53,170 nt of DNA from Eubacteriales bacterium. GTDB lineage: Bacteria; Bacillota; Clostridia; Oscillospirales; CAG-272. The notes under the pieces were generated by a model that was not told where the DNA came from, made no database searches, and saw only the letters and a list, made by a program, of their open reading frames with translations. The stretch spans positions 1 through 53,170 of the forward strand of contig JAZSBF010000053.1 in the NCBI GenBank assembly GCA_045602205.1, in the 5' to 3' direction. Position 1 is the stretch's first letter. The number at the start of each line of letters is the position of its first letter. The position numbers and the translations under genes were made by a program. This document shows positions 10,836 through 20,861 of the stretch, one piece after another.

Positions 10836-11501
10836 TCAAAGCATTCCTTTTTTATACATAAAGCGACTTACCGCAAGTGTGAAAAGAACGCTTACGGGCA
10901 CCATAATTCCTACGGTAGAGGAATTGAGTGCGGGAATGGCTATAAACAAAACCAACATAAGAAGCACGGGAGCTACCGCTATCTTCCAGTTTTTTGACAC
11001 AAAGACAACTCCGAGTCCGCCGAAAAGCGCGGGGATCATCTGCGCAAATGCGGGTGCTAAAACAGGAGCTTCAAGTATCGGAGAAAGCGGAACTATAAGA
11101 ATTACGCCGAGAATTATTATCAGAGTCGTAACTATACTTGAAACGGCTATTGCTATCGTGGATACGACCTCGCCTTCCTCGGAGTTTGATTTCACCCCTG
11201 CCTGCTCAAGCGCGTTGAGCGCGCACGGAAGCTTGAGATTTGAGATGTTTCCGGTTACAAAAGAAAGGTGCGCTCCCCCAGCTCCGAGCATGGGGATATA
11301 GGTTATTACCTCAATAACACCGACCGCCCAATACATCGGCGCGGTTGCGAGGAGTCCAAAGAAAAGTCCTCGCCAATCGGGCATAGCTCCGAAGATAAGC
11401 GCCACGGCAATCGGGAAAGCGAGCAGTATCACCATGACCGAAAGATTCCAGTTTCTGCCCCATTTATATACGTTTTCAATATATGTATTATTCTTACTCA
11501 T
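10836..11501 (-). CDS. Polytopic membrane protein, function unknown
   Basis: Hydrophobic throughout, roughly 6 TM segments by eye. GAGGAGG lies 8 nt before the second ATG (11501), so I prefer that start over 11507. Confidence 0.7.
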   Translation of the reverse strand: MSKNNTYIENVYKWGRNWNLSVMVILLAFPIAVALIFGAMPDWRGLFFGLLATAPMYWAVGVIEVITYIPMLGAGGAHLSFVTGNISNLKLPCALNALEQAGVKSNSEEGEVVSTIAIAVSSIVTTLIIILGVILIVPLSPILEAPVLAPAFAQMIPALFGGLGVVFVSKNWKIAVAPVLLMLVLFIAIPALNSSTVGIMVPVSVLFTLAVSRFMYKKGML

Positions 11502-11513
11502 ATTCATTCCTCC

Positions 11514-12251
11514 TCACGACAGCCAAGCCGTTATCGGTATTGCGCTCGCCATACCTGCCACAAGACTTATAGGCAGAGCATAATCGGATATCCATCTTGC
11601 CTTGAGAGCTTTAACAAGCACGCCCGAAAGACACATAACAAGAGCGGATACCGCCATTACGCACACGGGGATAAGTCCAACTCCCGAGCCTTCAAATATC
11701 GTAGAAACGTCACAGAAAACGTATCCTACAAAAGCGGCTATCATTCCTATAAACATTGACGATGAAAAAATATCAGCCCACTTTTTATCTCTGTTTTCAA
11801 GATTTATCATTCCGCCCTGAAGCTTCTTGCAAATAGCGGGAACAAGCCAAATTCCAACCATAATGCTAAGCGTCATAACAAGGGCGATAGTAACATATTG
11901 TGAAGCGGTGAGCCCCGTTGACTGACCGAAACTGAGTCCCATAGAGTTCATGGTGTTCGTGGCAGCTATCGCCTCATACGACATAGAGCCGACCACACTG
12001 AGTCTGAGCCAAGGAAGCGCTATTCCAAGGTCCTTTGCAAGCGCGATAACGCTTATAACGATAGCGACAGCGGGCGCTATCGTAAAAATAGAAGCCGTGA
12101 TGGCAATTCTCTTCATCTTGTGCTTGTCCATTCCAAGCGCTACGCCCCGCTTCCAAGCCTTCACAAGAAAGAATATCGATTGGGCAAGCACGATAGCTAT
12201 GATAGCCCCAACCATAAGAAACAATATCGGACTGTTTACACTGAAATCCAT
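11514..12251 (-). CDS. Polytopic membrane protein, function unknown (possibly DUF5058-like, from memory only)
   Basis: Reads MDFSVNSPILFLMVGAIIAIVLAQ... with multiple TM segments. AAGGAGAG lies 4 nt upstream of the ATG at 12251. The longer track start has no RBS. Confidence 0.7.
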   Translation of the reverse strand: MDFSVNSPILFLMVGAIIAIVLAQSIFFLVKAWKRGVALGMDKHKMKRIAITASIFTIAPAVAIVISVIALAKDLGIALPWLRLSVVGSMSYEAIAATNTMNSMGLSFGQSTGLTASQYVTIALVMTLSIMVGIWLVPAICKKLQGGMINLENRDKKWADIFSSSMFIGMIAAFVGYVFCDVSTIFEGSGVGLIPVCVMAVSALVMCLSGVLVKALKARWISDYALPISLVAGMASAIPITAWLS

Positions 12252-12422
12252 ACATCTCTCCTTAATCTGTATAATTTTACATAAAAGTACACTTAAGTCA
12301 TTATAGCACACTTTGGATATCAAATCAATCTAAAAAGAAAATTTGCCCGAAAAACAGTAATATTTTTTCATTTTTTACAATAAAATTTAGTGTCAATAAA
12401 CCTGTATAAAGGAGATTTTTAT

Positions 12423-13922
12423 ATGAACAGTACCGACGCTATGTATGGGACTTCTCCCAAAAGGCTACAAATGCCGCTTTGCGACAAAACGATATCCGTG
12501 GAGCTTTCAAACGACTACACTCTCCCCGATTATCAACCTGAGATAAGGCGTATCCTCAAGGTGCTCCCCTCAATCCTTCCCCCCGCAAAATATATCGGCG
12601 GAAACAACGTTGAGCTTAACGGAACAATAGATTATAATATGCTTTACGTGGGAGCTGACGGTGGAATATATTCCGCTCCTCTGTCCGCCGAATATGCGCT
12701 GAGCGCACCGCTTGAGATAACAAGCGATTTTGATCTAAACGAGGGTGTCACTGTGATTTGCGATATGTGCGACGAGAATATAACCGCAAGGGTCAGCGCG
12801 CCCAGAAGGGTCGGAATAAAATGCCGTATCTGTGCAAGGGTGCGCGCCTATGGAATGATGATAGTTGAGGAGAGATGCGTAGGCGAGATAGATCCTATGA
12901 GCATCGAAAGACTTATGGGTGAGACGCTCATCACAAATGCCGTATCAGCAATAGGCGACGTCATCGAGCTTTGCGAGGAAATAAGCGCAAGCACGGCGGA
13001 TATCCGCGTGGCAAGCGCGTCCGCAAGTGTAAATATGTCCGACGTATCGGCGTCAAACGGCTATGCTGACTGCCGAGGCGAGCTTCTCTTGAAGCTTATA
13101 GTTTCAAGAGAAGGAAACAACAGAGATGCCGAAACGCTCACAAGATCGATAGCCTTTGAGCACAGGCTTGAGACTGATGAAATAAGCGCCGACAGCTTTT
13201 GTAAGTCAAGCGCTAACGTGAGCGACCTTTCTGTCTCGGTCGAGGACGGAAAGATAATCTGCTCTGTATCGGTAATCCCTCAAATAATCGCCTACAAGTC
13301 CCTTCCTATGAGCTACACTAAGGATATCTATTCTACCGAGTGTTACAGCGAGGAGGCATACCGCGACTATACGATCCCAACCGTATGCGGAGTCACAAGA
13401 AGTAATTTTTCTCAAAACGAGAGAAAACCAATATCCGAGACCTCGCTTGAGCATTCGTCGCGAATAATTGACGTGTGGTGCCGTCCCTCTGCCGAAAAAT
13501 TTGAATTTGAGAAAAACAAATACGTTGTCTCGGGACAATGCAAATATACACTCTTGGTCGAATCAAACGGTGAATTTTCGACCTCGGAGCTCTCTCTCCC
13601 CTTCAGATACGAGGGTGATAGGGCGACTCCAAACACAACCAAGCTTTCGAGTGACGTCGGCGTGCTCTCCTGCCGCGCCCGTATTGACGGCGGAAGTCTC
13701 TGTATCGACACCGAGCTTTCTATTTGCGCCGAGCATTTGAGTGAGAGCTCGATCGAAGCGCTCTCGGAGGTAAGATTCGGAGAGAGCGTAAGCCGCTCCG
13801 ACGGTGACATTATCATATACTTCCCCTCTCCCGACGATACGCCGTGGTCGGTAGCAAAGAAATATTATGTCCCCGCATCAAAAATATCCGCTATGTCAAA
13901 TTACATCGTAGTAAACAAATGA
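12423..13922 (+). CDS. DUF3794-type sporulation protein with a degenerate C-terminal LysM-like segment (SipL/SpoVID-analogue candidate)
   Basis: Contains YTLPDYQPEIRRILKV, the repeated motif type of DUF3794. The C-terminus reads IIIYFPSPDDTPWSVAKKYYVPASKISAMSN, which is LysM-like. AAAGGAG lies 8 nt before the ATG at 12423. Confidence 0.7.
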   Translation: MNSTDAMYGTSPKRLQMPLCDKTISVELSNDYTLPDYQPEIRRILKVLPSILPPAKYIGGNNVELNGTIDYNMLYVGADGGIYSAPLSAEYALSAPLEITSDFDLNEGVTVICDMCDENITARVSAPRRVGIKCRICARVRAYGMMIVEERCVGEIDPMSIERLMGETLITNAVSAIGDVIELCEEISASTADIRVASASASVNMSDVSASNGYADCRGELLLKLIVSREGNNRDAETLTRSIAFEHRLETDEISADSFCKSSANVSDLSVSVEDGKIICSVSVIPQIIAYKSLPMSYTKDIYSTECYSEEAYRDYTIPTVCGVTRSNFSQNERKPISETSLEHSSRIIDVWCRPSAEKFEFEKNKYVVSGQCKYTLLVESNGEFSTSELSLPFRYEGDRATPNTTKLSSDVGVLSCRARIDGGSLCIDTELSICAEHLSESSIEALSEVRFGESVSRSDGDIIIYFPSPDDTPWSVAKKYYVPASKISAMSNYIVVNK

Positions 13923-13925
13923 ACA

Positions 13926-13962
13926 AAGGCGGCAGTTCGTTGAACTGCCGCCTTATTGATTT
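13926..13962. terminator. Convergent terminator between the SipL-like gene and nifJ
   Basis: Stem AAGGCGGCAGTTC / GAACTGCCGCCTT (13926-13954), then ATTGATTTT. Confidence 0.7.
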
Positions 13963-13997
13963 TCAAAAAGACTAAACTCTGTTAAGAGCAGAATTTA

Positions 13998-16900
13998 TTA
14001 TTCGTACAAGGACGAAAGCTTCTTGAGTCTGTCGTACTTAGCCTTAGCGTTCTCCTCGCCCTTAGCAAAGAGCTCCTCTGCTTTTTCAGGGAAGGACTGA
14101 ACAAGACGAGCGTAACGTGTTTCAGACTTAATGAAGTCAACGTAGCTTGCGGAAGGCTCTTTAGAGTCTATTGTAAGCTTGTTGCCCTCTGCCGAAGGAT
14201 TGTATCTGAACATCTGCCAGTAACCTGCCTCAAGAGCTTTCTTCATCTCGAGCTGGCAGTTCTGCATACCGCCCTTAACACCGTGCATCTCACAAGGAGC
14301 GTAACCGATGATAAGCGAAGGACCGTTGTAAGCCTCAGCCTCGGTGAGAGCCTTAAGGAGCTGGCTCATATCAGCGCCCATAGCAACCTGCGCAACGTAT
14401 ACATAACCGTAGGACATAGCGATCTGAGCAAGATCCTTCTTGCCGATTGCCTTACCTGCAGCCGCAAACTGAGCCACCTGACCTATCTGAGAAGCCTTGG
14501 ACGCCTGTCCGCCTGTGTTGGAGTAAACCTCGGTATCAAATACCATAACGTTTACATCCTCACCCGATGCGAGTACGTGGTCGAGACCGCCAAATCCGAT
14601 ATCGTATGCCCAACCGTCTCCACCGAATATCCATACAGACTTCTTAGCGAGATAATCCTTTTCAGCAAGAATTGCGGGAGCTGTGGGACAACCCTCTGCT
14701 GCTGCCTTTTCAAGCTCTGCAACGAGAGCAGCGGTTGCAGCTTCGTTTGCCTTACCGTCATCCTTTGTATCAAGGAATGCCTTAGCGGCTGCCTTGAACG
14801 CGTCACTTGCCTTGTCGGATTCCGCCATAGCAGCTACCTTACCTATAAGCTTCTCGCGTATAGTCTTCTGACCGAGAGCCATTCCGAGACCGTGCTCAGC
14901 GTTGTCCTCAAACAAGGAGTTAGCCCAAGCGGGACCCTTGCCTGTTTCACGGTTTACCGTGTAAGGTGTTGCGGGAGCAGATCCACCCCAGATAGAAGAA
15001 CATCCGGTAGCATTGGAGATATACATTCTCTCACCGAAGAGCTGTGTGATAAGACGAGCGTAAGAGGTCTCAGCACATCCTGCGCAAGAGCCCGAGAACT
15101 CGAGGAGCGGCTGCTTGAACTGACTTCCCTTAACGGTAGCGTTTACAAGCTCCTTCTTCTCGGATACGTTTGCAACTGCGTAATCGAATGCAGCCTGCTG
15201 GTCAAGCTGACTTGCCTGAGATACCATCTCGATAGCAACCTTTTCGGGCTTGCCGTTCTTTATTGCGTTCTCGCTTACCTTACATGCCTTAACGCAGAGA
15301 GTACATCCCATACAGTCAAGGGGAGAAACAGCCATTGTATACTTATAGTCTGTCTTTATAACAGGCTTCTCTGTGAACTTAGTCTGCGCGGGAGCATTTG
15401 CAGCCTCGTCAGCAGTCATAGCGAAGGGACGGATAGCCGCGTGCGGACATACGAACGCGCACTGGTTACACTGTACGCAGTTTTCGGGATGCCATACGGG
15501 AACGTCAACAGCAACGCCTCTCTTCTCGTATGCGGAAGATCCCTGCGGGAAAGTACCGTCCTCCATTCCCTTGAATGCGGAAACGGGAAGCTTGTCGCCG
15601 TTCATAAGAGAAACGGGAGTAACTATTGTGTTTACGAAATTGATGAGGTCAGCTCTGTCGCCTGTTGCGAGAGCCTTTTCTGTGTTATCGGAAGCATTTG
15701 CCCACTCAGCGGGAACTTTCACCTCAACGATAGCGTCAACGCCCGCGTCGATAGCCTTGTAGTTGAGCTCAACAACAGCCTCGCCCTTCTTGAGATAGGA
15801 CTTCTTAGCCATGTACTTCATATAGTCAACAGCCTCTGCGATAGGCATAATGTTAGCGAGAGCGAAGAACGCGGACTGGAGAATAGTGTTTGTTCTCTTG
15901 CCCATTCCGATCTCACGAGCCTTGTCGATAGCGTTTACTATATAGAACTTAACGTTGTTCTCTGCGATGTACTTCTTAACGTCTGCGGGAAGGTGAGCAT
16001 CAAGCTCGTCAGCTGTCCACTGGCAGTTAAGAAGGAATGTTCCGCCGGGCTTAACATCGTTTACTATCTTGTATCCCTTTGTGATGTAGGAGGGATTGTG
16101 GCAAGCAACGAAGTTAGCCTTGTTTATGTAGTAAGGAGACTTGATGGGCTTATCACCGAAACGGAGGTGAGAAATTGTTACGCCGCCTGTCTTCTTGGAG
16201 TCATACTGGAAATATGCCTGAATGAACTTGTCGGTGTGGTCGCCGATGATCTTGATGGAGTTCTTGTTAGCTCCAACAGTTCCGTCTCCGCCAAGTCCCC
16301 AGAACTTACAAGCGATAGTACCCTCGGGAGCTGTGTCGGGAGCTGGCTTCTCGTCAAGAGAAAGTCCCGTAACGTCGTCAACGATTCCGATGGTAAAGCC
16401 GTTCTTAGGCTCGTCTGCGTTGAGGTTTTCGTATACAGCGAAGATAGAGGAAGGAGGAGTATCCTTAGAACCAAGTCCGTAACGTCCGCCAACGACCTTT
16501 GCGCAAACTCCGTTTGTAGCGAGAGCTGTAACAACGTCGATGTAGAGAGGCTCGCCAAGAGAACCGGGCTCTTTTGTTCTGTCAAGAACAGCGATCTTCT
16601 TTGCGGTCTTGGGAAGCGCCTCGATAAGCTTGGAAGCAACGAACGGTCTGTAAAGACGAACCTTGATAAGACCGACCTTCTCGCCCTTTGCGAGCAAGTA
16701 GTCGATAACCTCCTCTGTAACGTCACAAACAGAGCCCATAGCAACGATAACTCTCTCTGCGTCGGGAGCGCCGTAGTAGTTAAAGAGCTTGTAGTCTGTT
16801 CCTATCTTCTCGTTGACCTTGTCCATATACTCCTCAACGATAGCGGGAAGCGCGTCGTAGTAGGGGTTGCAGGACTCTCTGTGCTGGAAGAAGATATCGC

Positions 16901-17570
16901 CGTTTTCAGCAGAACCGCGGAGAACGGGATGCTCGGGGTTGATAGCACGAGCGCGGAATGCCGCAACTGCGTCCATATCTACCATTTCCTTGAGGTCATC
17001 GTAATCCCAGACCTCGATCTTCTGTATCTCGTGAGAGGTACGGAAGCCGTCAAAGAAATTAATGAAAGGAACTCTGCCCTTTATAGTCGAAAGATGAGCG
17101 ACAGCTCCGAGGTCCATAACCTCCTGAGCGTTCGAACCTGCCATCACAGCAAAGCCTGTCTGGCGGCACGCGTATACGTCAGAATGGTCTCCGAAAATAT
17201 TGAGTGCGTGGGACGCAACACAACGAGCGGAAACGTGAATAACGCAAGGAAGAAGCTCACCTGCGATCTTGTACATATTGGGGATCATAAGAAGAAGTCC
17301 CTGAGAAGCCGTGTATGTAGTGGTAAGAGCACCTGCCGCGAGAGAACCGTGAACCGTTCCCGCAGCTCCTGCCTCAGACTGCATCTCCATAACCTTAACA
17401 TTCTCGCCCATAATGTTTTTGAGACCTGTTGCGGACCAAGCATCTGTGAGCTCTGCCATTACCGAAGAAGGAGTAATGGGATAGATTGCGGCAACCTCAG
17501 TAAACGCGTACGAAACGTGCGCGGCGGCTGTGTTACCGTCCATGGACATCTTTTTTCTTGTAATTGCCAT
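13998..17570 (-). CDS. nifJ: Pyruvate:ferredoxin (flavodoxin) oxidoreductase
   Basis: 1190 aa. Carries two 4Fe-4S motifs (CVQCNQCAFVCPHAAIRP and CMGCTLCVKAC) and the TPP-binding GGDGWAYDIGFGGLDH. Confidence 0.97.
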   Translation of the reverse strand: MAITRKKMSMDGNTAAAHVSYAFTEVAAIYPITPSSVMAELTDAWSATGLKNIMGENVKVMEMQSEAGAAGTVHGSLAAGALTTTYTASQGLLLMIPNMYKIAGELLPCVIHVSARCVASHALNIFGDHSDVYACRQTGFAVMAGSNAQEVMDLGAVAHLSTIKGRVPFINFFDGFRTSHEIQKIEVWDYDDLKEMVDMDAVAAFRARAINPEHPVLRGSAENGDIFFQHRESCNPYYDALPAIVEEYMDKVNEKIGTDYKLFNYYGAPDAERVIVAMGSVCDVTEEVIDYLLAKGEKVGLIKVRLYRPFVASKLIEALPKTAKKIAVLDRTKEPGSLGEPLYIDVVTALATNGVCAKVVGGRYGLGSKDTPPSSIFAVYENLNADEPKNGFTIGIVDDVTGLSLDEKPAPDTAPEGTIACKFWGLGGDGTVGANKNSIKIIGDHTDKFIQAYFQYDSKKTGGVTISHLRFGDKPIKSPYYINKANFVACHNPSYITKGYKIVNDVKPGGTFLLNCQWTADELDAHLPADVKKYIAENNVKFYIVNAIDKAREIGMGKRTNTILQSAFFALANIMPIAEAVDYMKYMAKKSYLKKGEAVVELNYKAIDAGVDAIVEVKVPAEWANASDNTEKALATGDRADLINFVNTIVTPVSLMNGDKLPVSAFKGMEDGTFPQGSSAYEKRGVAVDVPVWHPENCVQCNQCAFVCPHAAIRPFAMTADEAANAPAQTKFTEKPVIKTDYKYTMAVSPLDCMGCTLCVKACKVSENAIKNGKPEKVAIEMVSQASQLDQQAAFDYAVANVSEKKELVNATVKGSQFKQPLLEFSGSCAGCAETSYARLITQLFGERMYISNATGCSSIWGGSAPATPYTVNRETGKGPAWANSLFEDNAEHGLGMALGQKTIREKLIGKVAAMAESDKASDAFKAAAKAFLDTKDDGKANEAATAALVAELEKAAAEGCPTAPAILAEKDYLAKKSVWIFGGDGWAYDIGFGGLDHVLASGEDVNVMVFDTEVYSNTGGQASKASQIGQVAQFAAAGKAIGKKDLAQIAMSYGYVYVAQVAMGADMSQLLKALTEAEAYNGPSLIIGYAPCEMHGVKGGMQNCQLEMKKALEAGYWQMFRYNPSAEGNKLTIDSKEPSASYVDFIKSETRYARLVQSFPEKAEELFAKGEENAKAKYDRLKKLSSLYE

Positions 17571-17639
17571 GTTTTGTGTTCCTCCATTTTTATAATTAAA
17601 AATTTTAAACGTATAAATAGGCGCAATACGCCATTCGTT

Positions 17640-17668
17640 ATTATATCACAAATTTTGCAACAAGTAAA
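17640..17668 (-). promoter_or_regulatory. Candidate promoter of nifJ
   Basis: On the minus strand, TTTACT (17668-17663), a 17 nt spacer, then TGaTATAAT (extended -10, TATAAT at 17645-17640). Confidence 0.4.
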
Positions 17669-17714
17669 TACTTATTTTGATATTTTATATAATTTCTTTT
17701 ATAAGAAAAGATAT

Positions 17715-17750
17715 CCTCCCGAAGCCGATAAAGCTTCGGGAGGTCTTTTT
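17715..17750. terminator. Terminator downstream of the metallophosphoesterase gene
   Basis: Stem CCTCCCGAAGC / GCTTCGGGAGG (17715-17742), with T-rich runs on both sides. Confidence 0.7.
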
Positions 17751-17763
17751 AATACTTTATAAA

Positions 17764-19413
17764 TTATTCAAGTGTATCGTCGCCGCTCGGATCTTTGCGA
17801 TCTGCAAGAGCTATAAGTGTTTTAAGTGTCGCTCTCTGGTTTTGGGTATATTTGCTGTATACGGTGACACCGTAATTCAAATCTTCTGCCACATACTTAT
17901 AAGCTTCAGCATCATACGTATCACTTACATCCAAGAGAGCCTTGTTAGCGACATCCAATACGTTTCTGGACGCCGATCCGGCGCTGTAAATATATCTGGT
18001 CTCACCATCATAGGTAGTATACTTAATATATCCCACTCCGGTATAATCGCGGTCCTGATTACTCAGCTTTATATTTGCAATAGAGCCCGAATAAATTCGC
18101 GTTGTCTCACCCAAATCATTTGTTTCTTTATCATTCGGACTATCTATCGTAGCCTTTACGACGATGTAATCCTTACCTGCCTCACCCAAGCTATGTGTCA
18201 ATTTTCTTCCGCCAAGCTTATCTGTCGGTGCTATCAGTGTTCCGACCTCAACGTTTTCAGTTCCGTAAGTATTTACAAGCATCTTAAGATAGCTCTCATC
18301 TATTTCGGTCTTAAAACGGAGACCCGCAGCGGTGCTGGATATTCTTGCAGAACCTACGTTCGGTGTTGAAATGTGCGCTTCGTTATTGAATGTGGCGATC
18401 TCCGAATAATATTTATTCTTAACAGTAGAATAATACTCAAAGCCAAAGCTTCCGTCCTCGTAGAAATTGAGGAGCGCCACAGTACCGAGCGGATCCTTAT
18501 CCTCCAACTCTCTGTCCTGAGGGTTGACAAGCACCTGATATACCGTTTTTCCGTTCTTTCCTTGTGCGGTAGAAACCTCAACAGTATCAGCGCCTATGTG
18601 ACCGCAAATTACCATGAATATGTTTTCATACTGGCTAACGAGATTCTCCCAAATCTTCTGTCCGCTATTGCCACTGCTTGCATAGTCATGGTTATTATTA
18701 TGCACCCAATATGCGCCATTGCGCTGCATATACGCATGCGTGTTTATTATAACCTTACAGTCAGTATTCGCAGCAATAATACCCTTTGCCCAGTTTATTT
18801 CGTCATCGGAAGGACAAAGCTCAAGCGTAAGGATAAGATACTTAACGTCTCCTATTGTGATTATCTTGTAAACACTGGTCACATCACCCTCAGCGTAAGC
18901 TCCATCGTGAGCACTTCTATATGCACCACCATTACCTACATAAGCGTTGAAGTACTCTTCGTTATCGTGATTTCCGCGAGCCATAGAATAAGGTATGCCG
19001 TCGTCTCCTTGAAGCAACTCTAAAGCACGCTCCATCACTTTCCAGTCCATTTCAGCATAATCAGTCGAAAATAGACCTCCATTATCCTCATTCTGCGTCA
19101 AATCTCCGACTCCGAGAACATACTCTATTTTTTTTGCAGCCTTATTTTCAGCTATCCAGTTATAAAGGTTGTAAACATAGCCCTTTTCCGTAGATTCTTG
19201 AAGAAATGCAGAAAGATCCTCGTCTCCAATCTTCGACTGCGCATCAATAGCGGTAATGATCTGAGTGTCTCCAACGATTGCAAAGGAATACGCAACATTT
19301 TCAGCAGGAGCTTTGTCTATCCATTTGGGATCATTTGCAACTGCCGATACAGGAATACATGTAGCTGTTAGCAATATCGCCAAAAGAGCAATAAGTGATA
19401 TTATCTTTTTCAT
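17764..19413 (-). CDS. Secreted calcineurin-like metallophosphoesterase with an extra C-terminal domain
   Basis: Has a signal peptide. Metallophosphoesterase blocks are GDTQ, GDLTQNED, GNHDNEEYF, NTHAY and ICGHIG. Confidence 0.8.
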   Translation of the reverse strand: MKKIISLIALLAILLTATCIPVSAVANDPKWIDKAPAENVAYSFAIVGDTQIITAIDAQSKIGDEDLSAFLQESTEKGYVYNLYNWIAENKAAKKIEYVLGVGDLTQNEDNGGLFSTDYAEMDWKVMERALELLQGDDGIPYSMARGNHDNEEYFNAYVGNGGAYRSAHDGAYAEGDVTSVYKIITIGDVKYLILTLELCPSDDEINWAKGIIAANTDCKVIINTHAYMQRNGAYWVHNNNHDYASSGNSGQKIWENLVSQYENIFMVICGHIGADTVEVSTAQGKNGKTVYQVLVNPQDRELEDKDPLGTVALLNFYEDGSFGFEYYSTVKNKYYSEIATFNNEAHISTPNVGSARISSTAAGLRFKTEIDESYLKMLVNTYGTENVEVGTLIAPTDKLGGRKLTHSLGEAGKDYIVVKATIDSPNDKETNDLGETTRIYSGSIANIKLSNQDRDYTGVGYIKYTTYDGETRYIYSAGSASRNVLDVANKALLDVSDTYDAEAYKYVAEDLNYGVTVYSKYTQNQRATLKTLIALADRKDPSGDDTLE

Positions 19414-19507
19414 TGTTTTCCCCTTCGTAATTTAAATTTAGATTTAATTTGTTTATTCTTGCTATACATGATCATAGTGATTATAACACAGCCAGAAAAA
19501 AAAGTCA

Positions 19508-19542
19508 AGAAAAAAAGGGAAATTTTTTAAAAAACTTCCCTT
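19508..19542 (-). terminator. Terminator of the SleB-family gene
   Basis: Stem AAGGGAA / TTCCCTT (19515-19542), with a U-run on the minus strand (forward A-run 19508-19516). Confidence 0.5.
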
Positions 19543-19564
19543 AATTAATAATATCACCGGTATT

Positions 19565-20431
19565 TTAACTGTAAAAGTCGTGATTTCCTATGCGAAACTC
19601 GAATGTTCTGTTCTTTGATATCCAGTTGTTTGTGGCTATCCTCGGATTCATAAAGAAGAGTATCTCGTTTGAGATGCTGTACCCTTCAAGGCATATCTTT
19701 GCCGCTATTATTGAGGACGCCGTAGGCTTTTGATAGATAGTTCCGAACGACACGGGAGAAAACTGCGTTCCGCCCTTTCGGTCAAATATCACACCGTAAA
19801 CGGTATTCGGATATTTGGGACTTGCCTTCCTGTTAAGCACAACGTTTCCCACGGCTATCTGCCCGAGCAGACTCTCACCCTTTGACTCTGCGCTTATTAT
19901 TCTCGAGAGCCAATAAAGGTCGTCAGCATTGTAAAATTCGTCCCCCGACTTTGGCATAACACCCGTATTTTTCAGCGTGACCGCGCGGTTTACTCCGTCC
20001 CAGCCGACCTCAACTCCAAACGCCTTTGCGATAGCCCTTACGGGAACGAACATAGTATTTCCGATTATTCTGATGCGCTCAACGGTATAAAAGCATCTTC
20101 CGTCGGCGTATATGTAATAATCCATATCAGTCGCCGTTGCGACCTTCGTGCCCTTAGTCGCGACAGCGGTACGTGTTTTGGCATCCCACGTGACCTCACA
20201 ATCGCCAACCAGCGCGCAAAAATCCCTGAGCGCTACGTAAGTAACCGAATTGATAAGCCTTGAACGTCCCTCAAGCACTCGCTCTCCATTCATATAGATA
20301 GATACGTCAGAAGAACCGCTCGGAAAAACTATACTTCTGGGTTCGGCGGCAGAAGCACCGATAGAAAATACCGATACTATCATCACAATACTCAAAATGA
20401 GCGCCGCCGCTTTTTTAGTCGTCACCTTCAT
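19565..20431 (-). CDS. Secreted cell-wall hydrolase of the SleB/CwlJ (Hydrolase_2) family with a copper-amine-oxidase-like N-terminal stalk domain
   Basis: Signal peptide MKVTTKKAAALILSIVMIVSVFSIGASA. The C-terminal part reads GQIAVGNVVLNRKASPKYPNTVYGVIFDRKGGTQFSPV. AGGAGGTG lies 6 nt before the ATG at 20431; I rejected the track start at 20572. Confidence 0.8.
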   Translation of the reverse strand: MKVTTKKAAALILSIVMIVSVFSIGASAAEPRSIVFPSGSSDVSIYMNGERVLEGRSRLINSVTYVALRDFCALVGDCEVTWDAKTRTAVATKGTKVATATDMDYYIYADGRCFYTVERIRIIGNTMFVPVRAIAKAFGVEVGWDGVNRAVTLKNTGVMPKSGDEFYNADDLYWLSRIISAESKGESLLGQIAVGNVVLNRKASPKYPNTVYGVIFDRKGGTQFSPVSFGTIYQKPTASSIIAAKICLEGYSISNEILFFMNPRIATNNWISKNRTFEFRIGNHDFYS

Positions 20432-20699
20432 GATCTTCACCTCCTTGTCTTTATTTGCCGAAGCTTCGGCACAAACAATTATACCAACTGTTCCTTTTTG
20501 CTTCAACGCACAATATTTTGATAAAGAGAGATAAAATGGAGAGACTCTCAAATATATCCTTGGAAAAATCATCTGAGATCTGGCGAATTTTATCGAAAAG
20601 CCCTTGTATCTCCTAATGTGGATAGGATTTGCCGAGAGGGACGAAAATCAGAAAAATCAACCTTATTTGTAAAAAGTTTCTCGTTTTTTTCGATCCTTA

Positions 20700-20728
20700 T
20701 TGTATTTTGTAAGAATACGTGGTATAAT
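20700..20728 (+). promoter_or_regulatory. Promoter of tRNA-Arg
   Basis: TTGTAT (20700-20705), a 17 nt spacer, then TGgTATAAT (TATAAT at 20723-20728). Confidence 0.5.
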
Positions 20729-20742
20729 AAAATATATTTTCT

Positions 20743-20819
20743 CTGCCCGTGGCACAGCTGGATAGCGCGCGAGACTCCGACTCTCGAGGTCGCAGGTTCA
20801 AATCCTGTCGGGCAGGCCA
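20743..20819 (+). tRNA. tRNA-Arg (anticodon CCG)
   Basis: Hand-folded cloverleaf. Acceptor stem is CTGCCCG/CGGGCAG, anticodon arm is CGAGA-CTCCGAC-TCTCG, T arm is GCAGG-TTCAAAT-CCTGT, discriminator is G, and CCA is encoded. There is one A-C mismatch in the D stem. Confidence 0.85.
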
Positions 20820-20820
20820 A

Positions 20821-20861
20821 CGAAACGAGCGGGAACACCGTTGGTGTTCCCGCTCGTTTCG
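20821..20861 (+). terminator. Long hairpin immediately after tRNA-Arg
   Basis: An 18-bp perfect stem CGAAACGAGCGGGAACAC / GTGTTCCCGCTCGTTTCG. The trailing T tract is weak. Confidence 0.55.

Noticed and set aside
14283-17762. A 1159-aa ORF on the plus strand covering almost all of nifJ in antisense
   Set aside because: Its codons are exactly in register with the nifJ codons (both start coordinates are divisible by 3). A plus-strand stop would therefore require TTA, CTA or TCA in nifJ. The open frame just shows that this highly expressed gene avoids those three codons. The predicted protein is Cys/Ser/Leu/Val-rich low-complexity sequence with no RBS or motif.
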